Of a stretch of 51,620 bases of DNA, positions 8,790 through 18,483 are shown piece after piece. Every line of letters begins with the position of its first letter. Position 1 is the stretch's first letter. The notes beneath the pieces were generated by a model, which worked only from the letters and a program-made list of their open reading frames with translations, had not been told where the DNA came from and made no database searches. The position numbers and the translations under genes were made by a program. Location of the stretch: contig CALKIP010000027.1 in the NCBI GenBank assembly GCA_937995995.1, positions 1 through 51,620 on the forward strand, given 5' to 3'. Source of the stretch: an uncultured bacterium (GTDB taxonomy: Bacteria > Gemmatimonadota > Gemmatimonadetes > Longimicrobiales > RSA9).

Positions 8790-10175
8790 ATGGAGCTGAC
8801 CGCCTCCGAGGCCTGGTCTCGAATCCTGGAGCGTGCGCGGACGCTGCTACCGGAGCAGACGTTCCGCATCTGGCTGGCGCATACCGAGGCGATCGCCCTC
8901 GCGGAGGGTCGACTCGTCGTGGCCGCGGGCAGCGAGTTCGCCGCGGAGTGGATCGAGGACAAATACGGCACGATGCTGGCCGACCTTGCCGAGCGTGTCT
9001 TCGGCCGGCGTCTGGAAGTGGCGATCGAGCACCGATCGGCATCGCCGACGGGAAGCAATCCTCTGGAACGGACGCTGGCCACGCCGCCGGCCGCACCGCC
9101 ACCCGACCCCATGGCCACTGCGCCGAAGCCCGCGGCGATCGCAACGATCGGCACGCCGCTCAACGAGCGCTACACTTTCGACCGCTACGTCGTCGGCGCG
9201 AACAACCAGCTCTCGGCCGCAGCGTGCCGCGCGGTGGCGGAGGCGCCCGCGCGCATCTACAACCCGCTTTTCATCTACGGCGGGGTGGGTCTGGGCAAGA
9301 CGCACCTCATGCACGCGATCGGGCACTCGGCGCTGGGGCGCGACCCCGGGCGGCGCGTGGCCTACATCTCGAGCGAGCGGTTCACGAACGATCTGATCGC
9401 CTCGATCCAGGAGGGGCGCATGGCGGATTTCCGTCGGCGCTACCGCGAGATCGACCTGCTCCTGATCGACGATGTTCAGTTCCTGGGCGAGAAGGAGCGC
9501 ACGCAGGAGGAGTTCTTCCACACCTTCAACGCGCTCTACGATGCGCAGCGCCAGATCGTGGTCACGAGCGACCGCCCGCCGAAGGAGATCCCCGGCCTCG
9601 AGGAGCGTCTGGTGTCGCGCTTCGAGTGGGGGCTCGTGACCGACATCAAGCCGCCGGATCTGGAAACGCGCGTCGCGATCCTGCGCAAGAAGGCGGATGA
9701 GGACAACCTGACGCTCGCCGACGAGGTCCTCGACTTCATCGCCCACAACTGCCGCTCGAGCGTGCGTGAGCTGGAAGGCGCGATCATCAAGCTGCTCGCG
9801 TACTCATCGCTCACGCGTCGCGAGATCACGATCGATCTGGCCCGCGAGGCGCTGGGCGGCGTGCTCAAGGCGCCCGACCCGATTCAGGAACTCAGTCCGC
9901 AGATCATCCGCGACCGCGTGGCCCAACAATGGGGCGTGACCGCGGATGCGCTCGCCTCCAAGCGTCGCACCAAGGAGGTCACCGTCCCGCGCCAGATCGC
10001 GATGTACCTGATCCGCGAGTTGCTCGATCTGCCACTCGTCGACATCGGCAAGGTCTTCGGCGGGCGCGACCACTCGACGGTGATCCACTCGATCCGGAAG
10101 GTCGAGGAGGTAATGGCCTCGGATCCGGCGCTTCGCCAGCGAATCGAGGGCATACGTGCGGAGCTCGCGGGGTAG
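8790..10175 (+). CDS. dnaA: Chromosomal replication initiator protein DnaA
   Basis: 461 aa. AAA+ Walker A GGVGLGKTHL, Walker B LLLIDDVQFL, and the C-terminal DNA-binding signature GGRDHSTVIHSIRKV. Confidence 0.98.
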   Translation: MELTASEAWSRILERARTLLPEQTFRIWLAHTEAIALAEGRLVVAAGSEFAAEWIEDKYGTMLADLAERVFGRRLEVAIEHRSASPTGSNPLERTLATPPAAPPPDPMATAPKPAAIATIGTPLNERYTFDRYVVGANNQLSAAACRAVAEAPARIYNPLFIYGGVGLGKTHLMHAIGHSALGRDPGRRVAYISSERFTNDLIASIQEGRMADFRRRYREIDLLLIDDVQFLGEKERTQEEFFHTFNALYDAQRQIVVTSDRPPKEIPGLEERLVSRFEWGLVTDIKPPDLETRVAILRKKADEDNLTLADEVLDFIAHNCRSSVRELEGAIIKLLAYSSLTRREITIDLAREALGGVLKAPDPIQELSPQIIRDRVAQQWGVTADALASKRRTKEVTVPRQIAMYLIRELLDLPLVDIGKVFGGRDHSTVIHSIRKVEEVMASDPALRQRIEGIRAELAG

Positions 10176-10449
10176 AGTGGAAAACCGCTGTGGAATCCGT
10201 GTGGATGATTCCGGCGCTTTCCACTATTGCGAGAATCCTGTGGGATGCGTAGAAGTTCGCACCTGCTGCCCACGATGAATCCACAGGGGAAGCAGGTGCT
10301 TCAACGTACTGAAGCGACGTCGTTTAGAAGGTTGGGGGCTGCGGTTCCCACAGATCCACAGCCCCTATTACTACGACGAGATATCTATTTAAAGAGTCAT
10401 CGTTTCTTCTTGGCTGGGCAAAACGTCGGGATCGCAACGTGAGGGGGCC
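10176..10449. other. oriC: Candidate oriC (DnaA-box cluster plus AT-rich unwinding element) in the dnaA-dnaN spacer
   Basis: DnaA-box-like 9-mers: AGTGGAAAA 10176, TGTGGAATC 10189, TGTGGATGA 10200 (8/9), GAATCCACA 10277, AGATCCACA 10352. A locally AT-rich stretch GATATCTATTTAAAGAGTCATCGTTTCTTCTT (about 10378-10410) stands out in an otherwise GC-rich genome. Confidence 0.6.
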
Positions 10450-11565
10450 ATGAAATTCACGATCACACGGGACAACCTGCAGCAGGGACTCGCCGCCGTG
10501 GCGGCGAGCGTCCCGACGCGCACCACGCTGCCGGTACTCTCCAACATTCTGCTCGAGGCCGACGAGGACGGCGTCCGGATGAGCGGGACGGATCTGGACA
10601 TCGCCGTCTCGGTCCAGGTTCCGGCGGACGTGGAGGAGGGCGGCTCGTTGACGGTGCCGGCCAAGAAGTTCCAGGAGCTGGCGCGGGAGCTGCCTGAGCA
10701 GCCCGCACGGATCACGACGAAGGGTGATCGCCTGGAGCTCACCTGCGGCCGTGCATCGTTCAAGCTGAACGGTCTGCCGCGGGACGAGTTCCCGACCTTC
10801 CCGTCGGTCAACTTCGCCGAGAGCTGGAGGATCCGGGGCGAACTGCTCCAGATGCTGATCCGCCAGACCTCGTTCGCGGTCTCGACCGAGGAGAGCCGTC
10901 CGATCCTAAACGGCGTGCTCTGGCAGCTCGGCGATGCCGACATGCGCATGGTCGCGACGAACGGCCACCGTCTGGCACGGATCCGTGTGCCGGTCGAAAC
11001 GCCGGGTGCGCCGCGGGTCGATCTGATCGTGCCGCCCAAGGCGCTCTCGCAGGTCGAGCGGCTCTACGGCCCGGAGGACGAGATCGAGGTGGCGCGCAGC
11101 GAGAATCATCTCGGCTTCCGCTGCGGCGGCACGCAGATCTACACTCGCCTGATCGAGGGGCCGTACCCGAACTACGAGCAGGTCATCCCGCGCGACAACG
11201 ACAAGTTCGCCGTGGTCGACAAGGCCGCCTTCGTCGCGGCGCTGCGCCGCATGGCGGTCGTGGCGAGCGAGCAGACGCACCGCGTGCGTCTCTCCTTCAT
11301 GGGCCCCATGCTGCGTCTGTCGGTGGAGACGCCGGATCTGGGCGAGGCGCAGGAAGAGATGGAAGCGGCATACGAGGGCGAGGCGATCGATATCGGCTTC
11401 AACGCGAGCTACCTCCTCGAGGTGCTGCGCTACATGCAGACCGATGAGGTGCGGCTCACCTTCCGCGCGCCGGAGCGTGCCGCGACCTTCGAGCCGGTCG
11501 GTGCCGGGTCCGACGAGGTGCCGGACTACCTCTGCCTGGTCATGCCGCTCCGCCTGCTCGACTAG
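10450..11565 (+). CDS. dnaN: DNA polymerase III beta sliding clamp
   Basis: 371 aa starting MKFTITRDNLQQGL, with ...NGHRLA...LIEGPYPNYEQVIP...LVMPLRL. Canonical position after dnaA. Confidence 0.97.
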   Translation: MKFTITRDNLQQGLAAVAASVPTRTTLPVLSNILLEADEDGVRMSGTDLDIAVSVQVPADVEEGGSLTVPAKKFQELARELPEQPARITTKGDRLELTCGRASFKLNGLPRDEFPTFPSVNFAESWRIRGELLQMLIRQTSFAVSTEESRPILNGVLWQLGDADMRMVATNGHRLARIRVPVETPGAPRVDLIVPPKALSQVERLYGPEDEIEVARSENHLGFRCGGTQIYTRLIEGPYPNYEQVIPRDNDKFAVVDKAAFVAALRRMAVVASEQTHRVRLSFMGPMLRLSVETPDLGEAQEEMEAAYEGEAIDIGFNASYLLEVLRYMQTDEVRLTFRAPERAATFEPVGAGSDEVPDYLCLVMPLRLLD

Positions 11566-11676
11566 TTCGTGACTGGGAGTCGAAGTCTTCCGATGGTCGT
11601 ACGTTTCACCCCGGAAACTCCTCGAGCGCGGACCAACGGCTCCGCGTTCCGCGCTCGGGACCGGGCCGCTGCATCC

Positions 11677-13017
11677 ATGTCTCGCCCGACACGTCCGGCT
11701 CGTCCGAGTACGTTGCCGGAGCCGAGAGCACTCCATTCCTTCCGGCGAGTCCTCCGCAACTCGGTTCGAGCGGCGCTTCTGGTCCCCACTATCGTACTCG
11801 GCCTCGCCGCGTGCGCGGCCGATGCGCCGCCACCGGTGCTCCGCGTAGGCGACATCGCCTTCAGCGAGCTCGATCTGGGCGGACTCTCCGTGGCACAGAC
11901 GGAGCGACTCGCGGATCTCGCGGCATTCGGCTCGATCGTGGCCGATGGGGAGCTCGCACACCTTGGCGAGCCGTGGATCGCGAGGGAGAGGCAGGCGCTC
12001 CTTCTCCAGCGTCTGGCCGCAGAGGTCTCGGTCCGCGAGGCGGGGCTGGATGAGGAACTCCTCCGCGCCCGCTACGCCGAAGCACCCGATTACGAGCTCG
12101 ACGTCCGGCACCTCGTCATTCTGGCAGAGCGCTGGCGCTCGGACGAGGAGCGGGCAGAGGCGCGGCGCAAGGCCCAGGCAGCACTCGAACGCATCCAGGC
12201 CGGAGAGGATTTCGCCGCGGTCGCCGGTGAAGTTTCCGAAGAGCCGGGAGCGGACCGCCGGGGCGGGCTCCTCCGGCCCGGCCGGGAGGGAACGTGGGTG
12301 CCGGAGTTCTGGGAGGCCGCGTCCGCCCTCGATGTGGGCCAAGTGAGCGATGTGGTCGAGACGGAGTACGGCTACCACGTCCTGAAGCTGGAGGACCGCC
12401 GGCCAGTCCCCTTCGAGGAGGTCCGCGAGCGCGTACTCGGTCGGCTCGTGGATCTGGCCGCGGCGGCCGGGCGAGCCGAGGCGTGGGCCGACCGGGAAGC
12501 GCGGCAGGTCCAAGTGGACGTGGAAGCCGTAGCGGCGTGGCGCCGTGGCGAGGCGGGAGACACGCTGCCTCTCGCAGCCTGGCCCGACGGTGCATACCGC
12601 ACAGCAGATCTACGCGACTACCTCCTCACGCTCGAGCCCGAGGCCTCGGCGCGGCTCGAGTCGACGACCGACGCCGCATATGCACAGGTCGTCGCGTCCG
12701 TGGCCCGCAACGCGTTCCTCGCCGAGCGGGCGGGCGCCATGGGTCTAGGCCTCTCGGCCGACGAACTCGCACTGGTCGAACGCAAGTGGGTCGAGAAGGC
12801 ACAGGGCTGGGCCGCAACACTCGGCTTCACCCCGGGGATGACGACGGGCGAGGTCAAGGCCGCGGCGCTCAAGGCACTCGCCGCGACCCAGCAGAGTGCG
12901 CGGATCGTGCGTGACGAGGTGGTGAAGCTCTCACCGGTGTTGCGGCGCCTGCGCCCGGTCTCCAGACCGGCCACCGAGCGCACGGAGTCACCGGCTTCGG
13001 GCACACGGGAAGGCTGA
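11677..13017 (+). CDS. PpiC/parvulin-type peptidyl-prolyl isomerase lipoprotein (SurA/PrsA-like)
   Basis: ORF 11569..13017. Lipobox VLGLAAC. The parvulin core reads ...VRHLVILAE...AQAALERIQAGEDFAAVAGEVSEEPG...GGLLRPGREGTWVPEFWEAASALDVGQVSDVVETEYGYHVLKLEDR. The start is uncertain (ATG 11677 or GTG 11569). Confidence 0.8.
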   Translation: MSRPTRPARPSTLPEPRALHSFRRVLRNSVRAALLVPTIVLGLAACAADAPPPVLRVGDIAFSELDLGGLSVAQTERLADLAAFGSIVADGELAHLGEPWIARERQALLLQRLAAEVSVREAGLDEELLRARYAEAPDYELDVRHLVILAERWRSDEERAEARRKAQAALERIQAGEDFAAVAGEVSEEPGADRRGGLLRPGREGTWVPEFWEAASALDVGQVSDVVETEYGYHVLKLEDRRPVPFEEVRERVLGRLVDLAAAAGRAEAWADREARQVQVDVEAVAAWRRGEAGDTLPLAAWPDGAYRTADLRDYLLTLEPEASARLESTTDAAYAQVVASVARNAFLAERAGAMGLGLSADELALVERKWVEKAQGWAATLGFTPGMTTGEVKAAALKALAATQQSARIVRDEVVKLSPVLRRLRPVSRPATERTESPASGTREG

Positions 13018-13066
13018 TACCGACCACGCCCGAGCCCTTTGCGCCGACTGGGTCCCCTACACCTAC

Positions 13067-13112
13067 ACATACGCGTGCCCCTGCCCGACGAGAGAAGAGA
13101 GCTCGGGCAGGG
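13067..13112 (+). terminator. Long hairpin downstream of the parvulin gene
   Basis: GCGTGCCCCTGCCCGA (13067-13082) pairs perfectly with TCGGGCAGGGGCACGC (13097-13112) around a 14-nt loop, followed by ATGCGTTT. It sits between convergent genes. Confidence 0.45.
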
Positions 13113-13252
13113 GCACGCATGCGTTTACGGATCCGCCGGATTCAGTAAGAACCCATCTCCGAACGCTGGCCCAGTGATTTGCGGTGGGTGTGGTCCCAGG
13201 CCAGACGCTCCTCTGGATGGACCCGCCGCTTCGACACAGGGACGATTTCCTG

Positions 13253-13804
13253 TTAGCCCTCCGCCAGTAGTTCCGACGCGGTGAAGAGGGCGGCGAGTGG
13301 GTAGCCGGCCCTCTCGATCCGCATCCGTCCCCCTTCCTCGCGGTCGACGACGGCGAGCACACCCATGACGTTGCCGCCCTCCTCCTCGACCGCGGCTATC
13401 GCGCGGAGCGCACTTTCACCGGTCGTCACCACATCCTCGACCACGACGACATCCATCCCCGTGTGGAACGACCCCTCGATCCGCCGTCCGGTGCCGTGCT
13501 CCTTGGCCTGCTTACGGACGGTGAACGCATCGAGCGTGCGTCCGGCGAGCGCAGCGGCGTGGGCGATCGCGTAGGCGACGGGGTCCGCGCCGAGGGTGAG
13601 CCCCCCGACGACTGCGGGGTCCCACTCCTCACGGTCGAGGACCGCCAGGCCCACGCGTCCGATCAGGAGCTGGCCTCGCCCGCTCATCGTGGTCGGGCGT
13701 GCATCGATGTAGTAGGTCGAACGCATCCCGCTCGCGAGCAGGAAATCGCCGCGACGAAGGGAGCGTTCGAGGAGGAGTTCGCGGAGCTGTTCGCGGTCCG
13801 TCAT
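13253..13804 (-). CDS. pyrE: Orotate phosphoribosyltransferase
   Basis: ORF 13253..13825. FLLASGMRSTYYIDAR and the PRPP-binding loop VVVVEDVVTTGES. The start at ATG 13804 overlaps the upstream stop (ATGA). Confidence 0.9.
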   Translation of the reverse strand: MTDREQLRELLLERSLRRGDFLLASGMRSTYYIDARPTTMSGRGQLLIGRVGLAVLDREEWDPAVVGGLTLGADPVAYAIAHAAALAGRTLDAFTVRKQAKEHGTGRRIEGSFHTGMDVVVVEDVVTTGESALRAIAAVEEEGGNVMGVLAVVDREEGGRMRIERAGYPLAALFTASELLAEG

Positions 13805-14082
13805 GGCGTCGTCGCCTCTTCCCATTCTTCCGTTGATGCTGATCCGAATGTCTCGTCGAGCAAGGACCGGGCGGCCTGCACCTCGGGAAGGGTGAGGATC
13901 CGGTCGAGTTCGCGCGACTCGATAAACTCCATATGAACGTCCTGCCGCTCGGCTGCGCGGAAGCGCCAGGCGTGGCCTTCCGCGTCCACGACGACCTCGC
14001 GCACCCGCGCCCAGAGCGCGTCGTACTCCTCCGTCCTGTCGAGCGGCACGCTGCGGCGGGTAGTGAGCAGTCGTCGTTTCAT
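13801..14082 (-). CDS. Hypothetical small protein (93 aa), translationally coupled to pyrE
   Basis: The ORF has protein-like composition and a 4-nt ATGA overlap with the pyrE start. No family recognised. Confidence 0.5.
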   Translation of the reverse strand: MKRRLLTTRRSVPLDRTEEYDALWARVREVVVDAEGHAWRFRAAERQDVHMEFIESRELDRILTLPEVQAARSLLDETFGSASTEEWEEATTP

Positions 14083-14405
14083 GTCACTGTTCCACAGTGG
14101 TGAAGGCTTCGGCCGACCGGGCCGATGTCGATGCGGGTGTCGCCACGCCGACGGCCAGACCCATCATCAGCCCAACCTAGTGGTTCGCTCTTCCTTTGTG
14201 CAGTGCCATCGGGCCTGCGCCGAGCAACCTGGTGCAAGTTCGCTCCAGAGGGGCATTTGGGCAAGATCCAGCACGGGTTCTGGCGGATCCCGTCGACTGA
14301 GGGGCGCGGGCCAGCCATCGCGCTCCAGGATCATGCTTCGTCCACGCACCGCCTCAGGGCGATCACTCGCATCCGGTACGACAGTGGAGCCGCGTCCGGT
14401 ACGGA

Positions 14406-15083
14406 TCAGGTATCACGAGCCGGGAGCGTGTGGAACGGCAGAAACGGAGCCCCGCCGAACAACGCCTCCGCATCCTCGATCCCGAGGGCAAGAAGCGGGC
14501 GGCCAAGACCGAGCGCGGCGAGTGGAGAATCAGGGGTGAGCACGACGTCGGCGCGTCCGAGGAGCAGACGGCCGGCGAGTTCGTTGCCGTGGATCGAGAC
14601 GATGGATCGGTTCGGCGCCTCGGAGTGGAGGTGTGCGGCAAAGAAGCGGATCCGTTGCCGCCACAGTCCAGCGGTCCGGCGGAACCGAAGCGTGCAGAGC
14701 GGATGGCCGTCACGCGTGACGACACTCATGCCCGTTTCGCCGGTCCGTGACTGGAAACGGGCCAGGACCTTGGGAACCCCCAGCCCTTCCCTGCCCCCGC
14801 GGCACGAGGCGGCGCTGTCCACATAGACATGGCTGACCCAGGCGCAAATGCGGCCGCCGTGCCACACGGTCGCCGCACACGCCACGAGTTCACGGTACTC
14901 GAGCACCGAGCCCGGGCCGTAGTGGACCAGGAAGAGGCCGCCGAGCGTCTTGCCCGGCCATACGCGTACGATCGGGAACTCCCTGGGGATGCGCTGCCTC
15001 GCAACACCTACATCCACGAGGTGCACGCTGGCCCAGGCCGAGTCCGATGGGCGGAGTCGCCAGGGGAAGGGAGGGTAGCTCAT
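14406..15083 (-). CDS. Acetoacetate decarboxylase-like (ADC family) protein
   Basis: 225 aa. Overall resemblance to ADC-family beta-cone proteins (...FPIVRVWPGKTLGGLFLVHYGPGSVLEYRELV...); call from memory of the family only. Confidence 0.5.
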   Translation of the reverse strand: MSYPPFPWRLRPSDSAWASVHLVDVGVARQRIPREFPIVRVWPGKTLGGLFLVHYGPGSVLEYRELVACAATVWHGGRICAWVSHVYVDSAASCRGGREGLGVPKVLARFQSRTGETGMSVVTRDGHPLCTLRFRRTAGLWRQRIRFFAAHLHSEAPNRSIVSIHGNELAGRLLLGRADVVLTPDSPLAALGLGRPLLALGIEDAEALFGGAPFLPFHTLPARDT

Positions 15084-15257
15084 TCCGGTCTACCGATCGT
15101 GTGGGGGACCGCTGCAGCGTGCACTTCAAGGCCCATGGTTTGCGGGCCGTGCTGGCGTGAGGTGCCATATGGGTGCATCATAGGCGATCACCACGGTCCC
15201 GAACCGCGGTCGACTTCGCCTGCGAGCCACACTCGCGACATCCAAGGGAGGCATAGA

Positions 15258-16166
15258 GTGCCTGAGATCGGTTTCCTCGCCCACAACTGGTGGGTGCCTG
15301 TCCTCTACGTCCTGCTCGTGGGCCACTTCACGAATATCTGTGTGACGCTCTACCTGCACCGCTCGATGACGCATCAGGGCGTGGTGTTCCACCCGGTCGT
15401 AGCTCACGCGATGCGGTTGTGGCTCTGGTTGACGACCGGGATGGTCACGCGGGAGTGGGTAGCGGTCCACCGCAAGCATCACGCGTTCTCCGACCGCGAA
15501 GGCGATCCACACTCGCCGGCCGTCGAAGGGTTCTGGGAGATCATGCTGGGAGGCGTGTTCTTCTATCGCAAGGCGACGAAGGACCAGGCGATGCTCGAGA
15601 AGTACGGCCGTGGCTGCCCCGACGACTGGATCGAGCGCAACGTATACTCCCGCTTCAGCTTCGCCGGCATCCTCATCGTGCTCGGCGTCGACATCCTGCT
15701 CTTCGGCATCGGCATCGGCCTCCTGGTGTGGAGCTTCATGGCGATCTGGATGCCGATCATGGGCAACATCATCAATGGCGCGGGCCACGCACTCGGCTAC
15801 CGCAACTTCTCCACCAAGGACGAGAGTCGGAACCTCTACCCCTGGGGCCTGTGGATCGTGGGCGAGGAGTTGCACAACAACCACCACGCGGACCCGAAGT
15901 CGGCCAAGTTCAAGGCCCACTGGTGGGAGTTCGACATCGGCTGGATCTACATCCGCGCGCTCTCCCTGGTCCGACTGGCAAACGTCATCTACGCCCGAGG
16001 CATGTCGGCCAAGGAGTTCGCGAGGAAGTACTACGCGGACAAGACGGAGGCCGCGGCCCGGAAGATGGAGGAGGTGTCGAAGAAGGCAGGCGAGGCCGCA
16101 CGGGGGATCGAGCAGGCGATGGACCGACTCGACGGGACCGGCGGGCTGGATCGCGCGGAGGCGTGA
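15258..16166 (+). CDS. Membrane acyl-CoA/acyl-lipid (delta-9 type) fatty acid desaturase
   Basis: Three His boxes: HRSMTH, HRKHH, HNNHH. The start is placed at GTG 15258, preceded by AAGGGAGG. The longer ORF 14829.. would overlap the divergent ADC-like gene. Confidence 0.85.
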   Translation: MPEIGFLAHNWWVPVLYVLLVGHFTNICVTLYLHRSMTHQGVVFHPVVAHAMRLWLWLTTGMVTREWVAVHRKHHAFSDREGDPHSPAVEGFWEIMLGGVFFYRKATKDQAMLEKYGRGCPDDWIERNVYSRFSFAGILIVLGVDILLFGIGIGLLVWSFMAIWMPIMGNIINGAGHALGYRNFSTKDESRNLYPWGLWIVGEELHNNHHADPKSAKFKAHWWEFDIGWIYIRALSLVRLANVIYARGMSAKEFARKYYADKTEAAARKMEEVSKKAGEAARGIEQAMDRLDGTGGLDRAEA

Positions 16167-16288
16167 GGTTCGACTGTACGCTCACGCGTCGAGTCACTAA
16201 GCCGCTGCGCTCCCTGCCGGACCTGGACGTCCCGCGCGCCTGACCGCGTCGGCGCCGCTCCTGCGGTTCGGGAGAACTCGGGCCGCAC

Positions 16289-17122
16289 TCAACGGAGCGG
16301 CCGCACCGCCGTCATGAACTCACGCACGCGCTCGGGGTCGACACCCTGCCCGGCCCTGCCGCCGTGCATGAGCGCGCTGCCCACGATGGCACCATCGGCC
16401 AAGGGGAGGAGCTCCGCGGCGTTCTCGGCGGAGAGCCCGCTGCCGATCCAGACGGGTGCCTCGGGGACGGCCGCCTTGATGGCACGGATGCGCGCGGCGT
16501 CCGTCGCCGCGCCGGTGGCTGTGCCGGAGACGATCAGACCATCGGCAAGGCCGCGGTGCCAGGCGTCGCCCGCCACGAGGGCCGGGTCCGCGCCGGCCGG
16601 CGGCGTGGCGTGCTTGACGAACACGTCGGCCACGATCGCGACCGCCGCGCCGAGCCTTGCCCTGAGCCGCACCGACTCGTGTGCCTCCCCCGTGAGCCAG
16701 CCCTGGTCCGCCAGCATGGCGCCGGTGTGGACGTTGACGCGCACCAGCCTCGCGTCCGTCGCCGTGGCGATGGCCAGCGCGGCAAGCGCGTCGTTGCGCA
16801 GGACGTTGACGCCGACGGGAACGTCCACGCTTTGTACGACCTCACGCACCACGACGGCGAGTGCGGCGATCGTCTCGGGCGGGACGCGGTTCGGGTAGAA
16901 CGGCGCATCGAGGAAGTTCTCGACGATGATCCCGTCGAGCTCGCCACCGGCCAGGGCGCGCGCATCGGCGAGTGCACGCTCGACGACGGCGTCCATCGAG
17001 CCGCCCCAGCGCGGCGCACCGGGGAGCGGGAGGAGGTGCACCATACCGACCAGCGGCCTCTCGGCGGTGAAGAGGCCCTGGAGCAGACGGCCGGGCGCGT
17101 CCGGGCGATCGCCCCCATTCAT
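16289..17122 (-). CDS. BtpA/SgcQ family TIM-barrel protein
   Basis: C-terminal 277 aa of ORF 16289..17407, starting at MNGGDRPD. ...PLVGMVHLLPLPGAPRW...DGIIVENFLDAPF...VNVLRND... is typical of the BtpA family. Confidence 0.7.
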   Translation of the reverse strand: MNGGDRPDAPGRLLQGLFTAERPLVGMVHLLPLPGAPRWGGSMDAVVERALADARALAGGELDGIIVENFLDAPFYPNRVPPETIAALAVVVREVVQSVDVPVGVNVLRNDALAALAIATATDARLVRVNVHTGAMLADQGWLTGEAHESVRLRARLGAAVAIVADVFVKHATPPAGADPALVAGDAWHRGLADGLIVSGTATGAATDAARIRAIKAAVPEAPVWIGSGLSAENAAELLPLADGAIVGSALMHGGRAGQGVDPERVREFMTAVRPLR

Positions 17123-17181
17123 GCGTGCGCCCTCGGTGCCGCCCGTGGCTGCACCCTCCACTTCGCCTTCGACGTGCGGCG

Positions 17182-18375
17182 TCACAGTCCGTCTCCGATC
17201 CGCACGCTTGCCGCACCCGTGGCGAACGTCTCGAGCACCTCGGCGAGCGCATCCACATCCGCCGCATCGTTGTAGACGTGGGGCGAGACACGGATCGAGC
17301 TTCCACGCAGCGATACGAAAACGCCGCGTTTCTTCAATGCGTCCGCAATCCGCCGCAGCTCGACGCCCTCGGGCGCACGCAGCCCGAAGAGGTGCGATGC
17401 GCGCCACGCCTCTTCCTCGACGGTGAAGCCCGCCGCCTCCGCGCGCTCGAGCAGATCCGGGGTGAGTTCACGGCAGTACGCCTGGATGGCCGGGACCGTC
17501 CAGGCGAGGAGTTGATCGAGGGCGGCGACCGCCATCGGCATCAGCGCGAAGTTGCTGCGCTCGCCGACGTCGAAGCGTGAGGCGTCGGCGCGGTACTCTT
17601 CGCGGTAGTTCACCAACCCCTGGAAGTCCTCGCTCCCTTCCCGACCGATCCACGTCTCCTCGAGCGGTACGCCGCCGTCGAAGCGCGGACCGAAGTAGGC
17701 GAAGCCGACCGAGTAGGGCCCCAGCAACCACTTGTAAGCTGCGCAGATGAGGGCGTCCGGCCTGATGCGTTCGGCATCGAACGGCAGCGCCCCGATCGAC
17801 TGCGTGCCGTCGACGATCAGTGCCGCCCCGACCTCGCGGGCTCGCTCACCGATCCGCTCGAGATCGAAGAGGGTGCCATCCGTCCAGTGCACGTGAGGGA
17901 GTGCGACGACGGCCGTATCCCTGTCGATCGCTTCCAGTATGCGCGCGTTCCACTCCCTGCCCCTCCCCTGGCGACGCTCGGGTGCGCCGATCGTGCGGAG
18001 CTCGAGGCCTCGCTCCCGGCACAGCGCCCGCCATGGATAGACGTTGCTCGGAAACTGCTCGCCCGAGACGACGACGTTCTGGCCCGGGCGCGCCGCCACG
18101 TTCTTCGCCGCGATCGCCAGACCGTAGGAGACTGCGGGGATGATCGCGATCCGGCCCGGATCGGGCGCGTGGATCAGCCGGGCGAAGCGCTCGCGCGCGC
18201 CGTCGCTTTCCGTGAAGAAGTCCTCGGGCGAAATCATGGCCGGGACCCGCTTGCGGCGCACGCCCTCGATCCCCGCCTCCTCGACCCGCTTCGAGAGCGG
18301 CGACATGTAGGCACAGTTCAGGTAGTGCATGCCCTCGGGCAGAGAGAAGCGCTCCTTCTGACAGGTCAGCAGCAT
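17182..18375 (-). CDS. Class V aminotransferase (PLP-dependent; cysteine desulfurase/kynureninase-like fold)
   Basis: 397 aa. The PLP-lysine context ICAAYKWLLGPYSVGF plus DGTQSIGALP. It lies upstream of, and is co-oriented with, the btpA-like gene. Confidence 0.85.
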   Translation of the reverse strand: MLLTCQKERFSLPEGMHYLNCAYMSPLSKRVEEAGIEGVRRKRVPAMISPEDFFTESDGARERFARLIHAPDPGRIAIIPAVSYGLAIAAKNVAARPGQNVVVSGEQFPSNVYPWRALCRERGLELRTIGAPERRQGRGREWNARILEAIDRDTAVVALPHVHWTDGTLFDLERIGERAREVGAALIVDGTQSIGALPFDAERIRPDALICAAYKWLLGPYSVGFAYFGPRFDGGVPLEETWIGREGSEDFQGLVNYREEYRADASRFDVGERSNFALMPMAVAALDQLLAWTVPAIQAYCRELTPDLLERAEAAGFTVEEEAWRASHLFGLRAPEGVELRRIADALKKRGVFVSLRGSSIRVSPHVYNDAADVDALAEVLETFATGAASVRIGDGL

Positions 18376-18483
18376 CGGCGATACGCCTCGTCGAGCGGTG
18401 AGTGGTACGGGTACGGCACCGGTCTCCCTTGCAGGGCAAGGTGAACGATCGGATCGGTCAATATAATAGCGAGGCCGGGGGAC

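Noticed and set aside
11603-11618. parS-like GTTTCACCCCGGAAAC
   Set aside because: The half-sites are separated by extra bases and the right half is GGAAAC, so it does not match the contiguous 16-bp parS palindrome.
10906-12513. 535-aa minus-strand ORF
   Set aside because: It is antisense to dnaN and the parvulin gene, a typical high-GC shadow ORF. It is Arg/Leu/Glu-rich with no motifs.
14829-15257. N-terminal extension of the desaturase ORF
   Set aside because: It would overlap the divergent ADC-like gene by ~250 bp. A GTG with a strong AAGGGAGG RBS at 15258 gives a normal-length desaturase.
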